NCBI GenBank assembly: GCA_045837725.1
Contig: JBEWZL010000049.1
Coordinates: 121,079-141,078 of the forward strand
Direction: 5' to 3'
Length of the DNA stretch: 20,000 bases
Source of the DNA: Vermamoeba vermiformis
Lineage: Eukaryota
Part shown: positions 13,492 to 20,000 of the stretch, one piece after another
Numbering within the stretch: the first letter of the stretch is position 1
How the letters are laid out: each line of letters begins with the position of its first letter
Program-made: the position numbers and the translations under genes
Notes under the pieces: model-generated
Databases searched by the model: none
Told to the model about the DNA's origin: nothing
Seen by the model: only the letters and a program-made list of their open reading frames with translations

Positions 13492-15612
13492 CTACTTTGA
13501 AATATCTGATTTTCCGCTGCTTCGTAACGAGCTCGTACCGCTCGCTGAAGAAGTTGTTGCAGAGGTCGGCAACATTTGCAGCAACAAATCGTGCCAAGCT
13601 GCGGCTTCATGATTGGCCTCGCACTTGAAGTAATGTGCGATGGTCTCGTGGCTGTGCGTGATCAAAGTCAACACGTTCTTGTTGCAGTGCACTTCGACCA
13701 CAGTGTCCATGTTGATCGTGCACACGGGGAACTGCAAATCAGGAGGCACGAGCTCCATGGCTGGTGTCTCGTAACCCTCGAGCAGTCCGTTGTCATTGAG
13801 CATGAACAACAATGTCTCGCGTGTTGCATCGCTGTCCAGTTGATACTTCATCCAACCCTTCATCAGCACTACGAACAGCGAGTTAGGTGATATTCATAGG
13901 CCTAAATATAGATGCCTAGTAGTGTAAACTAACGTACCTTTCGCTTGAAGTTTTGTGCCCGGTGAGGTGCCCAACATGGCGCCAATGCCCGACTGACTCT
14001 TGTTTCGCTTGTGCGCGCTGTTGCTGCCAGAAATGCTGCGAGGACTAGATTTGGGCGACAACGACGAGTGCAATGAGTGCTCGTGTGGCTTCAACGGGAT
14101 TGGTGGGACCATCGGATGTGTCGTGCGCGGTGAAGTTCCAGCCACAGCAGCAGCGGTGTGCGTGTATCTTGGTGCTGACATGCTGCGTGTGCGGTGCATG
14201 CGCGCTGTGCTGTTTGAACGAGACTTGCTCGGGCTGTGCGGTGTGACAATGGTGACGGGCTTCGTGGCCAGCATACTTGGCGAGGACGCTGAACCACTTG
14301 GCGGCGTGTTGCCGTGCCACCATTCAGTGAACTGACGCTCATCGTCGATCTCTGCGCCCCTGTCATATAACAACGCATAAGCGACTATTACGAACGATAG
14401 CTGCATATTAAAAAGTGTCTAGTGTACCTCTCCAGCAACATCTTTTCGGTGGTAATTTCTTGCAGCTTGCTGTGTTCTTTAGCGATTTTTTGTTCCAAAA
14501 CAAAGTTATCGGTCTTCAGTCGCTTCAATTTCTCTTTTAATGTTAAATTTTTCTTCTCGGCTAATTATAGTAAATAAATTAAAATTATTCGTTGCATAAA
14601 TTTAATACGACATCGTTTTTACGTACTATTTTCGAATTCTTCTTTGTATTGGTTAACCTTTTGACGACTCTCCTCGAGTTCTTTTTGCATTAATTTGTAT
14701 TTTTCATGAAGTTCTTTCTCTTCGTCTAATTTCTTCTCCAAGACACTGTCCAGAAACAATTAAAATTAATTGACGGAATAATTTTGAGCTGTTAAATTGT
14801 TATTTGCGCTAATTTAGTGCCATGCATGGATATACCGACTATATTAAAGCATTATAACAGATTTTTACGTACTCTTTTTCATGCTGAATTTTCTCGAGTT
14901 CTTTTCGGAGTTTATTAACGATATATTCTTCTTCTTGTTCCAATTGATTTTCGAGATCGACCTTTTCTTGCTTAAGCTATATTAAAGTACTAAACGTTAG
15001 CTTTGGTCGCGATTTGATGAAATTTTAATGGAGATCTGCCGTGGAAATTTAAAACAAAGCTAAAAATGGGTTACATTGATTCTCTGAAAGATCTTTAGCG
15101 ATTTGCTGCGTAACTAGTGCGTAATATATTAATGTTACCTGAATAAGTTTCTTCTGTAAAGTGTTGGTTAAATATTCTTCTTCTTGTTCGACTTGCAAAG
15201 CGAGCTGATCTTTCTCTTTTTTGATTTCCATTAAGTTTTTCATTAATTTATTAGTAATATATTCTTCTTCTGCTTCTGCTGCGGCTTGCTGTAAACGACA
15301 GAAATTATTAGCGAATGCGATCTGATTATTGTGAAAAGACGTCATTCTTAAAATATTATGAAATTCTGGGTATAAAGCTATTATTATACAGTGCATATAG
15401 TATTAAAGATGAAGCGAAATTTAACGTTGGGGCGTATAAATTATTACAGATTTGGTATTTTTATTATTTGTAATTACCGAAGAGATTTGTTCTTGCTTAG
15501 CAGCCTTTAATTCAGCAACTAATTTCGCATTTTTATGTTTTTCATCCTCCAAAGCGTGCTGTAATTTTTTAATTTGTTCAAGGAGCTCATCGGTAGATTT
15601 AGGGGGCTCCAT
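13492..15612 (-). CDS. CCDC6: CCDC6 (H4/DUF2046)-like coiled-coil protein with Ser/Pro/His-rich linker and C-terminal PH-like domain, about 479 aa; exons 15612-15478, 15288-15139, 14976-14873, 14745-14627, 14560-14428, 14359-13938, 13868-13492
   Basis: Repeats AEAEEEYITNKLMK, VEQEEEYLTNTLQKKL and LEQEEEYIVNKLRK, plus EIDDERQF, match CCDC6 signatures (EQEEEFISNTL; EMDDERYF). The last exon VLMKGWMKY...HYFKCEANHEAAAWHDLLLQM has a PH-like pattern. Confidence 0.8.
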
Positions 15613-15875
15613 TGTTGGTGATCGTTCTGAGGCCGTGTTATAACTATAATACACTGGACCTGTGGCCTCCTATTTATACAAGAAAACTTTTGAAGAACCA
15701 AGCAAAATCGTTTCGGTTTATTTTTTGGGATGTGAACTGGGCCCCACGTGCTGGAGATCGGCAAATCAAGGCCCCGAAGAATTTTCGGCGATGAGATATG
15801 ACGTTATTCTAGTTGCTATAAAACAGATTTATTGAGTTACAAGATCGAGATCAAAATCCGGGTACGCGATCCTGA

Positions 15876-17681
15876 TTAACCTCGTTTTTTCCTTTTAGGC
15901 TGCTCCTCTTCGCTATCATCATCTTCTTCGATCACAGCAGCCTTTCTTTTGCGCGAGACTTGAGTTTTTGGCCGTTCATCCTCATCCGCGCTGCTCGTCG
16001 ATTCTTTTTGCTTCTTGGACTTCTTATTAGTCTTCGCATTCGTATTATTCTTAGTATTAGCCACAACATCGACCTCTTCTTCTTCCTCATCGGCTTCAAG
16101 TTCTTCGACGTCTTCGTCTGATTCTTGTTGATTGGCCATCGATTTGTTCTGCGTGCTCAGCGTGCCGTTCTGTGAACTTTGCGCCGCGTTGTTATTGTTG
16201 TTAAATGCTGAAGCATAGGGCCTGTTGTATGGATTGACTGGAGGTGGCGGGATGATAGCTTTAGTAATCTTGTATTTGGCTACAACTTTCTATAACGAAC
16301 GTGTTAGTCTCGAGATCCGGTCGGTAACGATGGATCCGGATCCTTACCTCCCACGTCTGATAATCCAAGGATAATACGCCTTGCTTTCTAGTCGCACTTT
16401 CAGAAGCATAGTCATCTTGTGTGGGTCTATGACACGGTTCTATAAATAGAGTTAATTGAGTGTCAAAAATGTGCGTCAGATCTAATTTTTGTTCGTACCA
16501 ACAACATGACATCCACTCTCGTCTGTAGACAGTTTCGCATATCCATCCTTAATCAAAAATGCAAAATGAAAGATATTCTCGACTGTGCGTCCAAACGAGG
16601 TTGGATCTGTCACAAATGTCCAAAAATTAATTTTTCCTGTCTTTTGCAACAACGAGCCAATGTGCGCTACTCGCTTCGATGTTTCACTTTCGCGATCTTT
16701 TTCAGTATCAACTACCTATATATCATGCCATATTAGCCTCTCGTAAGATCCACTGATCTGATCTTAACGTACGTCTTCAGGAGTGACTTTAGCCGCCAAT
16801 TTTTCTCTGACAGTTCTTGCTTTCTTTTTCTTTTGCGGAATTTCTAAGCTCAATGTCCCGTACATGAAACTCGCGGACGGAATTGTTTTGTACACGGGCC
16901 GAATTGATTTTTCTAACTTGGTCCAATCTAACTGTCCTTCTGCTGCATCTTGTTCGGCGCCGAGATCAGCCACGGTCTATTTATAGATTAGATGCCTATA
17001 TATGGTAATATTGAAGCACGTGGACGTACCAGCATGGCCCTTAATTTGAGCACGTAGTCGTAAATGTTGTAGCTTCGAAAGCCAGTCTGAAGTTTGCTGA
17101 CTTGTTCCGCGCCTAGTTTAGACGCTAGACCCATAAATTCAGAATCGAGCGCTGCTTCTCGCGGCATTTTAACTAGGAGCCATAATTATTAAGGCTTGGA
17201 CAAATATTAAAGTTCCGATGTTGGGACTTACCGTTTGCAAATAATTCATCGGCGGTTTGTAATGCTTGAATTAATTTATCTGACTCGGGTTGAATATATT
17301 CGTGCTTATTTACTGTTTGAAAATACGAGGAATTATTAGCGACAGAATTAATAATTATTTTAATTCAGAAAAATCAGAAAATGAGCAATAACACCGATTA
17401 TATGTATAAAAATTACCAGTTGTCGTTTCTATAATATTTCGATAGCTTTGTCTTAATTTTCGTCGTTCCGCCCGTTCGTTTTCGGGATCTTGTCTAGATG
17501 CAGCTGCAGTTGGTGCCGACCGTTGTTTATTTGCCCCTTTTGTATTATTTTTAGCTTTGGACTTTGGCTGAACGACTTCCTCTTCTTCCTCGTCCGCATC
17601 AAGCTCATCGACGCTGTCGTCTTCAGATTCGACTTGCTTTACTGCCGCTTTTGATCGCGGTTTTTCTAACTGTCGACTCAT
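15876..17681 (-). CDS. NSE4: Smc5/6 kleisin subunit NSE4/EID3, about 471 aa; exons 17681-17417, 17312-17232, 17172-17030, 16976-16773, 16715-16499, 16439-16348, 16289-15876
   Basis: ERRKLRQSYR, ADELFANVKMPREAALDSEF, FMYGTL, FVTDPTSFGRTVENIFHFAFLIKDG and QGVLSLDYQTWEKVVAKYKI are Nse4 N- and C-terminal motifs. Confidence 0.92.
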
Positions 17682-17900
17682 GTTTGGTTCATATATCAAC
17701 AATAGAATATACAATGTTCGCCTGAGAAAATGAATTTCGTCCAACAGAACCGATCGTCTTTGCAAAACGTTTGACTGCTGAAGCACGTCTATAGATGTTA
17801 AATAATGATTTTTAACCCCTGAAAGTGAATTGCTGATTTTATTGCTCAACTGGTCCGTCATGACGATCAGTTGAGATCTCAACGTGTTTGCTCGCGAGAA

Positions 17901-18750
17901 TTACAACATTAAACAAGCGGCCAAAGATACTACAACAGTCATGAAAGTGAACTTGACTACATTGGATGCGAGATCTGTCCGTTGGGTGCTGAAGATCCAC
18001 CGTTCGGACTTTGTTCCTGTTGAACAGGTTGTTGTGACGAGGGCGTGGGACCAGCGATCTGCACCTGAGCAGTGAACTGCGAGTTCTGATTGGCACCACT
18101 GCTTTGTAACGCCATTCTTTTCTTGAACGAAGTCGGGGCATTGGTGCCGTTTGATTGCACGGACCACTCGACGTCAACATAGGCGACAAAGTTATACACA
18201 GCGTTCTGGCCTTGGTAAAGCTTGAACAAAGTGTTGTCGCTGGACTGCGGCGTGCTGACACTGACGTCAATGCTGAACCAGGCTTGTGACGCACCTAACG
18301 AGCCCCAGTTAAAGTTGTTCGACAGTGCAGCGCTGGTCACGTTGTTGTCGTAGAACAAGTATTGAAAGCCAACATTAGGACCATAGTAGTACACTGGGGA
18401 CAGTGTGGCACTTGACAGGCTGACTCGTGATGAGTATGCGTTGAGCAAGAAGTACGCGGATCTGATTCGATAAAAGTTAGTTAATAGAAAGGGTTGAAGA
18501 AGTGACTTACTGTCCAGGATAGAAAGCCATCGCTTGGTTTGAGAAGTTTTCATCAGTGTAAGCTTGGATGTATCCGTTCAAGTCAATATTAACTGACACT
18601 TCACTGCACAAGTTCTGTGAAGCGACACGTGACTCGAGATAGACTTGCGTGCCGTTTTTAGCTCCTTCAGGACAGCCAACATTGCTTCTATAATACGCGT
18701 TGGTTCTCATGGAAAAGTCTGAGTTGTAACCAGGCGATAGCTTGTTGGAC
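17901..18750 (-). pseudogene. 3' half of a secreted/GPI-anchored-like surface protein gene, 5'-truncated and frameshifted before the anchor signal
   Basis: Exons ~18750-18511 and 18461-~17970 are joined by intron 18510-18462 (..FYPGQ|SAYFLLN..). The sequence is Asn/Ser/Tyr-rich and beta-type, with N-glycosylation sequons, a KKR site and an S/P/Q stalk. The frame stops at 17957, while the hydrophobic tail ASNVVKFTFMTVVVSLAACLML* (to 17901) lies in another frame. No signal peptide is present in the window. Confidence 0.65.
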
Positions 18751-19897
18751 AATAAGATCTTCTTGGTACAATTGTACCCGTGACCAGCCAAAAGTAGATG
18801 GTGTTCTTTAGGTCACGTCTTGCATCAGCGGCATATGTTAGCAACTTATAAATAAGATCTTCTTTCTGGGCGCCCTCGGATTTGGTACAGTAATCCTACA
18901 ACAGGTTAGCTGAGTCGACATAGTAAGTTGCAACGTACTTGACACTCATCAATTCCAAAGATGAGCAAACTTCTGTCGACATTGGGTACATCAAAAGGGT
19001 AGTCTGTTGGTGGCGTACAGAATTTGTCAACGAGTGCGTTAAATAAGTCGACACATTCACCAACAAAGGCACCATCAAACTTGTTATTCAGAGACTTGGT
19101 AGTGATTTTCAATGGCTTGCTGCCTTTGAGTGTGATCTGCTTATCCTTAAATCTGGCCATTATTTTGTTTTTATTCATTGTTTTAATAGCTGCAGAAAAG
19201 TTAGATGAGAATAACTGATCAAGTTCACAGCAGAACTTACTCTCAAGCTGATTATCTTGGGGGCCCAACTCTGAAGCACGAACAATAACAAATCGCTGCA
19301 TAAACACAGTCTTATACAATGCATTAATAAAGGCCTGTCGCTTCTCTACCGTGTCAGTTATTGTTCCTGCCGACAAAAATTCTGCTATTATCACAGGGTC
19401 ATTAAGGGCGTGGTAGCTCCATTCTGTCAGTAAACGAGTTTTTCCACTGTCTGGGTTCATTGATTGAACTGCGTAGAAAGGTTTTTGGTCGGGATTCGAA
19501 AAGGTCTCATACGCCGCTCCCAATAGTGCCAAGAGGCTATGCTTTCGATTTAGAAACGGAGCGAGAGCATCGGAACCATTCCATACTTTTACGTTAGGCA
19601 ACGGGAACGGCAATTGCTTGCCGTTGATGTAAAGAGTAAGAACGTCTGTCGTTTCTACAGAAGGAAAATCGTCCGGAGTAAGCTCTCGCTTCGTTGTGCC
19701 TTTCGATCTCTTTACGGAATCTTTTATGGCTGTCACAGTTGTAGGAAAAGCCATTTTGGCCGAAGTGAAATACGGTGCAGCTGCAAATCTATCAGCAATC
19801 AATATCGACAGCTTCAAAGCCTTACTTGCATGGGGATATTTATCTATTCGATATGAATATGTAACGGTGCTGCTCGTTGTATTCATTTTTGGGGTGT
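18708..19897 (-). pseudogene. Truncated P-loop NTPase gene (Crinkler/STAND-like NTPase module); exons 19897-18939 and 18895-~18771, then out-of-frame junction sequence to TGA at about 18708
   Basis: PFLNR pre-Walker motif, degenerate Walker A MNPDSGKTRLL, Walker B LLIFGIDECQ and, after intron 18938-18896, strand-4 motif YFWLVTGT. The frame ends about 21 codons later. An acceptor CTAACAG ending at 19898 suggests upstream exon(s); first ATG is at 19886. Confidence 0.6.
18751..18889. repeat. Junction micro-repeats: 14-nt direct repeat, 8-nt direct repeat and 14-bp palindrome
   Basis: AATAAGATCTTCTT at 18751-18764 and 18851-18864; TTGGTACA at 18763-18770 and 18882-18889; palindrome GGTACAATTGTACC at 18765-18778. 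Confidence 0.85.
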
Positions 19898-20000
19898 CTG
19901 TTAGAAACAAATTAAGATCAACCATATTAAAATTCCAAATAATTTAAATGAGCTAATTATTAGCCAGTATTTTTATTTCGCGCAATTGTATATGCACGTT

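Overview
Gene-dense, intron-rich eukaryotic DNA, probably a protist and plausibly an amoebozoan (inferred from short GT-AG introns of mostly 40-100 nt, frequent GTACGT donors and a Dictyostelium-DUSE-like snRNA promoter). Eight intact multi-exon genes can be spliced by hand into open frames: histone stem-loop-binding protein SLBP (+), a J-domain/acidic/ankyrin protein (+), a DCAF4/WDR21-like WD40 protein (+), dephospho-CoA kinase (-), a CHD3/Mi-2-type remodeler with extra N-terminal PWWP-like and HP1-like chromo domains (+), a class I SAM methyltransferase (-), a CCDC6-like coiled-coil protein with a PH-like domain (-) and the Smc5/6 kleisin NSE4 (-). The best hidden feature is a complete but divergent U2 snRNA gene with a candidate promoter of its own, nested on the sense strand in the unusually long last intron of the WD40 gene. 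The right end is a rearranged locus. A truncated P-loop NTPase gene is joined out of frame to the 3' half of a frameshifted, GPI-anchored-like surface protein gene, and the junction is built from locally templated direct and inverted repeats. All family assignments come from motif recognition by eye; no database searches were run.
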